This document shows, piece after piece, positions 25,643 through 33,892 of a DNA stretch of 33,991 nt (positions within the stretch are counted from its first letter, which is position 1; every line of letters starts with the position of its first letter). The stretch is from an uncultured Ruminococcus sp. (GTDB taxonomy: Bacteria > Bacillota > Clostridia > Oscillospirales > Acutalibacteraceae). Under the pieces are notes generated by a model. The model worked only from the letters and a program-made list of their open reading frames with translations, had not been told where the DNA came from and did not search any database. Position numbers and translations under genes: made by a program. The DNA is taken from contig CADBRK010000085.1 in assembly GCA_902797065.1 (NCBI GenBank), positions 1-33,991 on the forward strand, read 5' to 3'.

Positions 25643-27328
25643 ATGTCAAAGATTTGTTACGGATGCTTCAGACCACTCGATGACGAAAGTTCAAAGTGTC
25701 CGCGCTGCGGTTTTGACGCAGCCACAAAACAGAATATGCCGTTCCTGCCGCTCGGCGCAGAGCTTCAGAAGGGCAGATATACTATTGGCAAAAAGATTCT
25801 CAGCAGCAACGAGAGTACAAGATATATCGCATACGACAACAGTATGGACGCCGTTGTAAATATCAGAGAGTTTCTTCCCAACGGATTGTGCGCAAGGAAG
25901 AAGGAGAGCAACAAGATCGTTCTTAATGCCGAGAAAGCCGCTGCGTACAAGCGTTTGCTCAGCAAGTATCTCGATTATAACAGAACGCTTGCAAGGCTGA
26001 AGGATTGTTCTGCTGTTATCAGGGTGTCCGATATTTTTGTCGAGAACAACACAGCGTACGTTGTAGAGGAGAGAGAGTCGCTTCTTCCCTTTGCGGATTA
26101 TATCAAAAAGTGCGGCGATCATATAAGCTGGGAGACCGCAAGATCGCTGTTTATGCCGCTTCTCTCCACTCTTGAGAAAATGCACAAAAACGGCATTTCT
26201 CACTACGGAGTAGGCCCCGGAAATCTCAAGATCAATTCGGAAGGACAGTTAAAGCTGCAGAATTTCTCGATCTCCGATATGAGAAAAAAGGGCACCGATC
26301 TCAAACCTATGCTTATTTCGGGCTGTTCCGCACCCGAACAGTATGACGATTATTCCGTGCTTGACGAAAGCACAGAGATATACGGCTTCACCGCAACGCT
26401 TTTCTATGCGCTTACGGGCAGCGTTCCCGAAGATGTGGAAAAGCGCCGCAAGGATAACAGACTGCTTATCAGCACGGCTATCAACAAGAATCTGCCGTCT
26501 TATGTGCGTCAGGCTTTGTCGAGCGGTTTACAGTTCGATCAGGAGAAAAGACTTGCCACATTTGCGGATCTCAGGGCGGAGCTTTCTGCCGCGCCTACCG
26601 CAAAGGCGATCAAAGAAGAGATGTCTCAGCCCGATATGGACGACGATGACGACGATATGCCCTCAAAAAAGAGGAAGAAAAAGTCCAGCAGCAGTATCTA
26701 CGGCGTTATCTCCTGCATAGTTTCTCTTGTAATATTCGTTATTATCGGTACGCTGTGGCTGCAGGAAAATCCGTTCGCAAAAATGTTTGAACCCGAGAAC
26801 GTAAGCTCCGACAGCGAAGTCGAGGCAACGGGCGAGGTGGTTACCGTGCCCAACCTTGTAGGAGTAAAATACGAGATCGCAGTCGAAGAAGCAGGCAAGA
26901 CTTCCGACTATCAGCTGCTTAAAGCTGTCGAGGAGGAGTTCAGCGACGACGTTCCCGAAGGATATATCGCGTCGCAGTTCCCCGAGGCTTATTCCGACGA
27001 GATACAGGGTTATTCACTCTATATCACGGTAAGCAAGGGCGCAAAGCAGAGAGAATTGCCGAAGATCGAGGGCAAAACTGTAGATCAGGTAGCGCAGCTC
27101 CTCGGAGACGAAAGCTTTGTTACAACTCAGATATACGAGTACAGCGAAACGATTAAAAAAGGTCTTGTTATAGGTTATGACGCGCACGTGCCGGGCGATA
27201 AGCTTGAGTACGGTTCGTCTTTGGTAATAAAAGTAAGTAAGGGCGCAGAACCCAAGGCAACGGATACCGAGAGAAGAACGTCGGATTCGGACGCCGTGAG
27301 CAGCGCCGACGAAAACCCCGAAGAGTAA
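25643..27328 (+). CDS. Membrane protein with an N-terminal zinc ribbon, a degenerate Hanks-type kinase-like domain (predicted pseudokinase), one TM helix and two extracellular PASTA domains.
   Basis: CYGC...CPRC zinc ribbon. The kinase fold is recognisable (APE and LTG..P retained) but the catalytic motifs are replaced; see findings. The TM helix is IYGVISCIVSLVIFVIIGTLWL. PASTA repeats read VPNLVG...ITVSKG and LPKIEGKTVDQV...VIKVSKG. Confidence 0.8.
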   Translation: MSKICYGCFRPLDDESSKCPRCGFDAATKQNMPFLPLGAELQKGRYTIGKKILSSNESTRYIAYDNSMDAVVNIREFLPNGLCARKKESNKIVLNAEKAAAYKRLLSKYLDYNRTLARLKDCSAVIRVSDIFVENNTAYVVEERESLLPFADYIKKCGDHISWETARSLFMPLLSTLEKMHKNGISHYGVGPGNLKINSEGQLKLQNFSISDMRKKGTDLKPMLISGCSAPEQYDDYSVLDESTEIYGFTATLFYALTGSVPEDVEKRRKDNRLLISTAINKNLPSYVRQALSSGLQFDQEKRLATFADLRAELSAAPTAKAIKEEMSQPDMDDDDDDMPSKKRKKKSSSSIYGVISCIVSLVIFVIIGTLWLQENPFAKMFEPENVSSDSEVEATGEVVTVPNLVGVKYEIAVEEAGKTSDYQLLKAVEEEFSDDVPEGYIASQFPEAYSDEIQGYSLYITVSKGAKQRELPKIEGKTVDQVAQLLGDESFVTTQIYEYSETIKKGLVIGYDAHVPGDKLEYGSSLVIKVSKGAEPKATDTERRTSDSDAVSSADENPEE

Positions 27329-27333
27329 AAATC

Positions 27334-27392
27334 AAAAAGGAGTTCTGATCTGAGTTACAATAGGAATTAAGCTTGATCGGAACTCCGTTTTT
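27334..27392. terminator. Bidirectional intrinsic terminator between convergent genes.
   Basis: Stem GGAGTTCTGATC (27339-27350) / GATCGGAACTCC (27375-27386) with one G-U pair. It is flanked by AAAAA upstream and TTTTT downstream. Confidence 0.7.
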
Positions 27393-27394
27393 GT

Positions 27395-28096
27395 CTATTT
27401 CATCATTCTTTTTTCGGTACTCTGTATCAGCGTGAACAGTGATTCCGACATTGCGGAGTATTGTTCCTCTATTGTCTCCGGGGACATCTCAACTTGCTTC
27501 GTGCGGTCAAGGCTGCGGTATTCGGAGATCGGCAGACCGTGAGTTATGCTTTCGGTATTGCTTTCGGTTATTGACTGCATCGCATGTACACGCCCTTTAT
27601 AAGTATGTTCGGGGACAGAGAAGATACCCTTCGGGTTTTTCGGGTTAGACGAATATATCGTCCTGAACATGGTGTATACCGAACCGAAGAGATATGACGA
27701 GCATTCGTGTATAAGCCCGATGTTATCAAGGCGGTCGATCTGATCGAACAGTATCGTGAGCGAGTGGAACACGGTACGCTTGTTGAAATTCACAATGGGG
27801 CTTATTTTGCTGCTGCCCGTGTATGTGTCCTCTGTTATGAGATCGTCTTCGTTATAATTGTTTGCGCCTGCGTTTGCAGTACGGCTGACGCTCCTGCCAA
27901 GCAGATAGTCGCATGTCACGCCGTAATAATCGGCAGCTTTTACAACAAAATCAAGACTGCATTCACGTATGCCCTTCTCATAGTGAGACAGCAGCGGCTG
28001 AGATATACCTAAGTCGGACGCCGCACGCTTCTGGCTGAGCCCCTTTTCTTCACGGAGAAGCGTTATTATTCTCGGAAAATCCTTGTTCAATCCCAA
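27395..28096 (-). CDS. XRE-family helix-turn-helix transcriptional regulator with a C-terminal domain of about 160 aa of unknown function.
   Basis: LREEKGLSQKRAASDLGISQPLLSHYEKG HTH motif. TTG start. Confidence 0.8.
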   Translation of the reverse strand: MGLNKDFPRIITLLREEKGLSQKRAASDLGISQPLLSHYEKGIRECSLDFVVKAADYYGVTCDYLLGRSVSRTANAGANNYNEDDLITEDTYTGSSKISPIVNFNKRTVFHSLTILFDQIDRLDNIGLIHECSSYLFGSVYTMFRTIYSSNPKNPKGIFSVPEHTYKGRVHAMQSITESNTESITHGLPISEYRSLDRTKQVEMSPETIEEQYSAMSESLFTLIQSTEKRMMK

Positions 28097-28172
28097 ACAC
28101 CCTTTCTATATTTAAATATACTATCAGTATAATTGAATTATTACAATTTGTAAAGAGAAAAGAGAAATAAAT

Positions 28173-28865
28173 ATGAAATCATACCGGATACATTTTATCA
28201 GGCACGGCGCGTGCGAAGAATCACGCAGGGGAGTGTACGTCGGCACAAAAGACGTTCCACTCAGCGAAGAGGGTATCCGTGAACTCAAAGAGCTTGACGA
28301 AGCTTTTGACTATCCCGGAACGCCCGTTGTCTTTACAAGCCCGCTGAAAAGATGTACGCAGACCTGCAATATACTCTATCCCGCTATTCCGCCGATAGTT
28401 ATAAACGAGCTGTGCGAGTGCAGCTTCGGCGAGTGGGAGGGCAGGACTGCAGATAGTCTCAGCGCAAACGAGGACTTCAAAAAATGGCTTGCGGGCGACA
28501 CATCTGTCAAACCGCCGAAGGGCGAGAGCGGAGCGGAGTTTACACGCAGAGTATGCAATATTTTTCAGAAGATCGTTGACGGTCTGATCTCAACGGGTAA
28601 TACCAATGCCGTAATAGTTACTCACGGCGGCGTTATCATGACGCTGCTGTCCGTGTACGGTCTGCCGCAGGCAAAGCCGTTCGACTGGGTGTGCGACGAC
28701 GGCTGCGGATATTCGATGAGGATCACGCCGTCTCTCTGGATGCGTGACAGAGTCGGAGAAGTGTACGCGAAGCTGCCGTACCCCAAACGCGATGACGAGT
28801 ACGAAGACGACAGCTTCAAAAGAGAATTTTTTGGCGACGACACGGTATTATTTGATGATGTCTGA
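28173..28865 (+). CDS. Histidine phosphatase superfamily protein (phosphoglycerate mutase / CobC-like).
   Basis: N-terminal RHG motif (IHFIRHGA) and the downstream VTHGGVI histidine. Confidence 0.8.
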   Translation: MKSYRIHFIRHGACEESRRGVYVGTKDVPLSEEGIRELKELDEAFDYPGTPVVFTSPLKRCTQTCNILYPAIPPIVINELCECSFGEWEGRTADSLSANEDFKKWLAGDTSVKPPKGESGAEFTRRVCNIFQKIVDGLISTGNTNAVIVTHGGVIMTLLSVYGLPQAKPFDWVCDDGCGYSMRITPSLWMRDRVGEVYAKLPYPKRDDEYEDDSFKREFFGDDTVLFDDV

Positions 28866-28901
28866 GCCGTTATTATAAATTTAAAACAGGAGTGGTACAT
28901 T

Positions 28902-30479
28902 ATGAACAAAAAGACCGTAAGCATATTATTGGCACTGCTTACAACTGCGTCGGCTGTATTGGCAGGCTGCGGAGGAACACCCCCGGGAATTGCTCCGCCG
29001 AGAGACCCGAGCCTTTATTCTACGGCGGCTTCGTCCGAAAGCACAACGAAGGATTCGACAAGCACTGCGGCTTCGTCCGAGAGTACATCGAAGGAAACAG
29101 AAAGTTCGACAAGCTCCGCCGATTCGTCATCAGCGTCCGAGCCGGAGGAGAAGAAGCCTTTTGACGGTTCGTATCAGAAGAACGACGACGGCACTATCGC
29201 CATGAACTACGGCGCAATACTGCACGCATGGTCATGGAGCTTTGAAACGATCACCGAACATCTTGACGACATAAAAGAAGCAGGCTATACTTCGATCCAG
29301 ACGTCGCCGATCAACCTCTGCAAAGTCGGCGAAAAAGCCGGAATGTGCCTTTACAGCGACGACGATAAGGGCAAGTGGTACTATCACTATCAGCCTACCG
29401 ATTATACGATCGGCAATTATCAGCTCGGTTCAAAGGATAAGTTCAAGACTCTCTGCGAAGAGGCTGAGAAGAGAGGGCTTAAGATCATCGTTGACGTACC
29501 GCTTAATCACGTTTCGAGCGACCGTTCGGTTGTTTCGCGAAATATTCTCGATCTGTGCGAAAAGCCTTTCCACGACAGAGGCGAGATCGGCAGCACATCG
29601 AGCCGCAAGCAGGTTACGCAGAACGATCTTCTCGGACTTGCCGACCTCAATACGCAGGATCCCGCCATTCAGCAGTATGAGCTGAATTACCTTAAAGAAG
29701 TAATCGAAACAGGCGCGTCGGGTTTCAGATTTGACGCCGCTAAGCATATCGAACTGCCCGACGACGACCCCGAGTATGCGTCCGATTTCTGGACTGTCGT
29801 TCTCGATAACGGCGCAGAGTTCCAGTACGGCGAGATACTCCAGGGCGAGTGCGACAGAATAGCCGATTATTCAAAGATCATGGGCGTTACGGCATCGGCG
29901 TACGGCAAGAATATCAGAACAGCAGCCGCAGGCAACATGAGCGTTTCGGTAATAGAATCTTATTCCGCAAAGGACGTTGACCCGTCCGTCATGGTAACAT
30001 GGGTAGAGTCTCACGACAATTACTGCAACGACGGCACATGGGAGACTCTCGAGGAATCCGACGTTGAGTTCGGCTGGGCTGTCATCGCCGCAAGAAGCGG
30101 CGGCGCACCGCTGTTCTTCAGCAGACCCGACGGAAGCTCTCTTGACAGCCAGTGGGGCAAGAATGTAATAGGCAACGTCGGTTCGGACGGCTACAAGAGT
30201 CCCAACGTATCTGCGCTCAACCACTTCCGCAACGAGATGGCAGGGCTTGACGAAACACTCTCAAATCTCGATTCGGATAAGAAGGTACTTATGATAGAGA
30301 GAGGTGACAAGGGCGCAGTTATCATCAACAAAAGCTCGGGCGAGTTCAAGATCGACGGAGCTGCGACAGTCCTTGCAGACGGTACTTACAAGGATAAGGT
30401 CACGGGCGCTGAATTTACCGCTGCGGGCGGCAAGCTGAGCGGTACTGTTCCGCAGGACGGAATTATTGTAATATATTGA
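28902..30479 (+). CDS. GH13 alpha-amylase, AmyE-like lipoprotein.
   Basis: Lipobox LAGC. ILHAWSWSF...AGYTSIQTSPIN, VDVPLNH, GFRFDAAKH, YGEIL and WVESHDN correspond to GH13 conserved regions I-IV. Confidence 0.9.
   Translation: MNKKTVSILLALLTTASAVLAGCGGTPPGIAPPRDPSLYSTAASSESTTKDSTSTAASSESTSKETESSTSSADSSSASEPEEKKPFDGSYQKNDDGTIAMNYGAILHAWSWSFETITEHLDDIKEAGYTSIQTSPINLCKVGEKAGMCLYSDDDKGKWYYHYQPTDYTIGNYQLGSKDKFKTLCEEAEKRGLKIIVDVPLNHVSSDRSVVSRNILDLCEKPFHDRGEIGSTSSRKQVTQNDLLGLADLNTQDPAIQQYELNYLKEVIETGASGFRFDAAKHIELPDDDPEYASDFWTVVLDNGAEFQYGEILQGECDRIADYSKIMGVTASAYGKNIRTAAAGNMSVSVIESYSAKDVDPSVMVTWVESHDNYCNDGTWETLEESDVEFGWAVIAARSGGAPLFFSRPDGSSLDSQWGKNVIGNVGSDGYKSPNVSALNHFRNEMAGLDETLSNLDSDKKVLMIERGDKGAVIINKSSGEFKIDGAATVLADGTYKDKVTGAEFTAAGGKLSGTVPQDGIIVIY
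29025..29114 (+). repeat. Imperfect tandem duplication (39 nt and 48 nt) encoding the Ser/Thr-rich linker (AASSEST.K..) of the amylase.
   Basis: GCGGCTTCGTCCGA.AG.ACA.CGAAGGA...GACAAGC occurs twice (29025-29063 and 29067-29114). Confidence 0.7.
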
Positions 30480-30489
30480 TTGTATGATT

Positions 30490-30523
30490 AAGGACGCAGA
30501 ATTCTTTGCGTCCTTATTTTTTT
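30490..30523 (+). terminator. Rho-independent terminator.
   Basis: Stem AAGGACGCA (30490-30498) / TGCGTCCTT (30507-30515) followed by ATTTTTTT. Confidence 0.85.
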
Positions 30524-30608
30524 AAGTCAATTTAAAGTGCGTTTTTAAGTTTTTTTAAAGGAATGTAATGTAAAATAAATACAGAGAGAAAAAGAGAGGG
30601 TGATACAC

Positions 30609-31205
30609 TTGAAAATACTGTTTGCCGTATCGGACAGAGATCTCCTGCATTCATACAGCAGGCTGCTCGAACTTGACGGCGCAGACGTATGCACATCGTT
30701 TGACGGTACACAAACGATAACGCTCATAGAGTCGCATAAGTTTGACGTTGCAGTGATCGGCGAAAGCTTACCGAGAGTCGAAAACAGCCGTATCCTCGGT
30801 ATGCTGTACGGCAAGGGCGTTCCGACGATCGTCATATCGGGCAAACGTGTGACGTCAAAAATGCTGTGCGGTTCTCAGATAGCTTGTTCATATCTTCCCG
30901 TACCGTTCCTGCCCGAAGAGATGAGATCGCTCATAAAAACGCTGCTTGAGAAAAAGCAGTCGGGCAAGGTGTTCAGGACAGGCGAAGTCAGCATAGATAC
31001 AAGCTGCTTTTCGATGGAGGGCGTCCGTGTAACAAACGAGGAGATAGATGTTCTCAGGGCAGTTTGCGAAGATACGCCGATAAATGTGAGATCGGAGAGC
31101 GTGTATATCAGCGCGCTTAACAGCAAGCTCGGCAGCCTTAACAAGCATTCAAGGATAAAATATATATTGGGAAAGGGCTATAGGTTGGTGAATAATAATG
31201 GATAA
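30609..31205 (+). CDS. OmpR/PhoB-type response regulator homolog with a degenerate receiver domain (no phospho-acceptor Asp).
   Basis: TTG 30609 lies 8 nt after GAGAGGG and gives MKILFAVSDRD. The position of the acceptor Asp reads FDVAVIGESLP. The conserved Lys position reads YLPVPF. The C-terminal winged-helix segment reads GKGYRLV. Confidence 0.8.
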   Translation: MKILFAVSDRDLLHSYSRLLELDGADVCTSFDGTQTITLIESHKFDVAVIGESLPRVENSRILGMLYGKGVPTIVISGKRVTSKMLCGSQIACSYLPVPFLPEEMRSLIKTLLEKKQSGKVFRTGEVSIDTSCFSMEGVRVTNEEIDVLRAVCEDTPINVRSESVYISALNSKLGSLNKHSRIKYILGKGYRLVNNNG

Positions 31206-32475
31206 AGTCAGAAGAAAAATCGTGTTGTATTCGCTGGCGTCGATATTTGTTCTGCTTACGGTCATGCTTACCGTTATAAACGGACTCAATTTCACAATGG
31301 CGGCGGACGACGCAGACAAGATCACGCAGATACTTGCGGAGAGACACGGAACATTCGAGGGCGAGGACAATAAGAACAAACCTCCCGAACATTCCGATCA
31401 GGACAATAAAACCGAAACTAACGATGAAGCCGCACGAGGTTCGGCGGCTGCGCCGAAGGGTATGGGACCTATGGGTCCGCAGTCTCCCGAGATGAATAAA
31501 TCGGTAAGATATTTTACGTACAGATTCGACGAAAAGGGCAGAGCGAAGAATATCGCTTACAATTTATCGGCTGTCGATCAGTACGACGGGGCTGTCTGGG
31601 CAAGGAAACTTCTGGAGGAGAACAGCGTAAACTCCACGGGCTGGACAAACGGAACATACCGCTACAGAATATATAAGATCAAAGACAAAACGTACGTTAC
31701 GGTCATAGATCAGGGGCGCGAGCTTTCGCCGTCTTACAGAATACTCATAATCTCGGTATGCGGAGAACTGATAGGTTTGCTCGTAAGCTTCTTCATACTG
31801 GAGCTTATCAGCAAAAAACTTGTTCGTCCGCTCGAGGACGCAGACCGCAAGCAAAGGCAGTTTATCGCAAATGTCGAGAACGAATTCAAGCTTCCGCTGA
31901 CGATAATCAATGCCGATACCGAGATAATCGAAAAGGAGAGCGGCTGCACCGATTACACAAGCTCGATAAACAGGCAGGTTCGCAAAATGACGTCTCTCGT
32001 CAAAGACCTCAGAGCGTTGTCTGTCATTGATTACGACCAAAAGAACGCAGAGGAGATAGACCTCTCGGAGATCGCAGCGGCGGTCATCGACGGCAGCAAA
32101 ACGAAGTTCGACGAGAAGAAGATTGACCTTTGCATGGATATAGAGGATAATATCACCGTTCACGGCGACGAGGACAGAATACGCAGAGTTCTGAGGGAGC
32201 TTGTGAATAACTCGCTGATGTTCGCAAAGACAAAAGCTAAGTTCACACTTCTGCGTGATAACGAAAGAATAAAGCTGATTCAGACAAACGATACCGATCT
32301 TCCTTCCGGTTCGCTCGATATAGTGTTCGACAGGTTTGTTACTCTCGATAATGCCGACACTCTCGACACCGCAGGGCTGGGGCTTTCGTTCGTGAAGGAC
32401 GCCGTAAGATCAATGGACGGCAGAGTAAAAGCAGAGGTAACAAGCGGAGAATTTATTCTCACGATCGCTTTGTAA
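31198..32475 (+). CDS. Sensor histidine-kinase homolog lacking the phospho-acceptor His and with a degenerate G1 box.
   Basis: Two TM helices flank a loop of about 130 aa. The H-box reads FIANVENEFKLPLT (N in place of H). The N-box LVNNSLMFA and G2 box AGLGLSFV are retained. It overlaps the regulator gene by 8 nt. Confidence 0.8.
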   Translation: MDKVRRKIVLYSLASIFVLLTVMLTVINGLNFTMAADDADKITQILAERHGTFEGEDNKNKPPEHSDQDNKTETNDEAARGSAAAPKGMGPMGPQSPEMNKSVRYFTYRFDEKGRAKNIAYNLSAVDQYDGAVWARKLLEENSVNSTGWTNGTYRYRIYKIKDKTYVTVIDQGRELSPSYRILIISVCGELIGLLVSFFILELISKKLVRPLEDADRKQRQFIANVENEFKLPLTIINADTEIIEKESGCTDYTSSINRQVRKMTSLVKDLRALSVIDYDQKNAEEIDLSEIAAAVIDGSKTKFDEKKIDLCMDIEDNITVHGDEDRIRRVLRELVNNSLMFAKTKAKFTLLRDNERIKLIQTNDTDLPSGSLDIVFDRFVTLDNADTLDTAGLGLSFVKDAVRSMDGRVKAEVTSGEFILTIAL

Positions 32476-32489
32476 CGGGGGGTGACGTC

Positions 32490-33203
32490 ATGGCAGAAGT
32501 TCAGAAGCCGATCGTAGTAATGAAGCGCTACGAGATGAAATATATCCTTACGGCGGAACAGACGGAGTATTTCAAAGAGGCTGTGAAGGGTCATATGGAG
32601 ATCGACAAGTTCGGTCTTACGTCAATAGCCTCACTCTATTACGATACGCCCGATTACCGCCTGATACGCACGTCCATAGAGAAGCCGAAGTTCAAAGAAA
32701 AGATCAGGCTTCGTTCTTACGGACTTGCTACCGAGAGTTCGCCCGTATTCCTGGAGCTTAAACGCAAGGCTTACGGTATAGTTTACAAACGCAGAGTACA
32801 GTCCACGATACCGCTTGTGAATAAGTTCTTTGACGGCGAGGGCGACATCTGCGCGGGCGGACAGATAAACAGCGAGATAACTTATTTCCGTGATTATTAC
32901 AAAGAGCTTGCGCCCGCATGTCTGATTATATATGACAGGGTGGCATATTTTCAGCCCGACGGCGATCTCAGACTCACCATCGACCACAACCCGAGATACA
33001 GAGCGGACGAGCTGAATCTCACTCATTCAATGGACGGGATTTCGCTTCTGCCCGAGGGCAGCACGATACTCGAAGTCAAGGTTCAGCAGGCAGTGCCGAT
33101 ATGGCTGGCGACGATACTCTCCGAGGGGAAGATATATAAAGGCAGCTTTTCAAAGTACGGCACGGCGTACAAAATGCAAATGGAAAAAATAAGAAATATT
33201 TGA
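32490..33203 (+). CDS. VTC-domain protein (polyphosphate polymerase-type triphosphate-tunnel / CYTH-like domain).
   Basis: N-terminal KRYEMKYIL, SLYYDTPDY, KIRLRSYG, LELKRK and VYKRR basic tunnel strands are typical of bacterial VTC (PF09359-type) proteins. The product is 237 aa. Confidence 0.8.
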   Translation: MAEVQKPIVVMKRYEMKYILTAEQTEYFKEAVKGHMEIDKFGLTSIASLYYDTPDYRLIRTSIEKPKFKEKIRLRSYGLATESSPVFLELKRKAYGIVYKRRVQSTIPLVNKFFDGEGDICAGGQINSEITYFRDYYKELAPACLIIYDRVAYFQPDGDLRLTIDHNPRYRADELNLTHSMDGISLLPEGSTILEVKVQQAVPIWLATILSEGKIYKGSFSKYGTAYKMQMEKIRNI

Positions 33204-33220
33204 GGATAGGAGTAATACTT

Positions 33221-33892
33221 ATGTTTGATTCGATTTATACAACAACGGTGACTGCGCCGCAGTTCTTTATAATGGCGGGCGCTGCCCTGATCTCGGGCTT
33301 TATCTATGCATGGCTGATGTCGTTCAGAGTGCGTTCGGCAAAAAGGTTCTTTACGGTGGCTGCGGTGCTGCCGTTCATGATAGCTGCGGTAATTACATTT
33401 GTCAACGGCAATATAGGCGCAGGCGTTGCTATCGGCGGCGCATTCAGCCTGATACGTTTCAGGAGTGCACAGGGCAGCTCCGACGAGCTTGTGACGATAC
33501 TCATCGCTATGGGTTCGGGCATAGCCTTCGGTATGGGCTACATAGGCTACGGCATTGTAATACTCCTCGGAATGGCGGCAATATACTTCATACTTTCGCT
33601 TATACCCGTATTCGAGCATAAGAGTATGTCTATGGATAAGCTGCTCAGAGTGACTATCCCCGAATCGCTTGAATATACGGACGTGTTCGACGATACATTT
33701 GCGCACTTCCTCTCAAGCTATGAGAACGTCGGCGTAAAAACAACAGGCATGGGCTCAATGTTCAGACTCTCGTTCAAGATACGCATGAAAGACCCTTCCG
33801 AAGAGAAGCGCTTCATTGACGAGCTGAGACTTAAAAACGGCAATCTCGAGATCTCTATCCTGCCGTACACCGAGCCGCAGAATCAGCTGTAA
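33221..33892 (+). CDS. DUF4956-family membrane protein, the usual genomic partner of bacterial VTC-domain proteins.
   Basis: ATG 33221 lies 8 nt after AGGAG. The motif VNGNIGAGVAIGGAFSLIRFRSA...GMGYIGYG matches my recollection of DUF4956. Confidence 0.75.
   Translation: MFDSIYTTTVTAPQFFIMAGAALISGFIYAWLMSFRVRSAKRFFTVAAVLPFMIAAVITFVNGNIGAGVAIGGAFSLIRFRSAQGSSDELVTILIAMGSGIAFGMGYIGYGIVILLGMAAIYFILSLIPVFEHKSMSMDKLLRVTIPESLEYTDVFDDTFAHFLSSYENVGVKTTGMGSMFRLSFKIRMKDPSEEKRFIDELRLKNGNLEISILPYTEPQNQL

Noticed and set aside
28107-28120. A perfect 14-bp palindrome, TATATTTAAATATA, in the divergent XRE / histidine-phosphatase intergenic region, considered as a possible operator.
   Set aside because: AT-only palindromes of this size are common in AT-rich promoter DNA. 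Without conservation or binding data it cannot be told apart from chance.
33083-33706. A 207-aa minus-strand ORF across the VTC/DUF4956 junction.
   Set aside because: It is an antisense shadow frame rich in His, Arg and Cys. The sense-strand genes carry clear family motifs.
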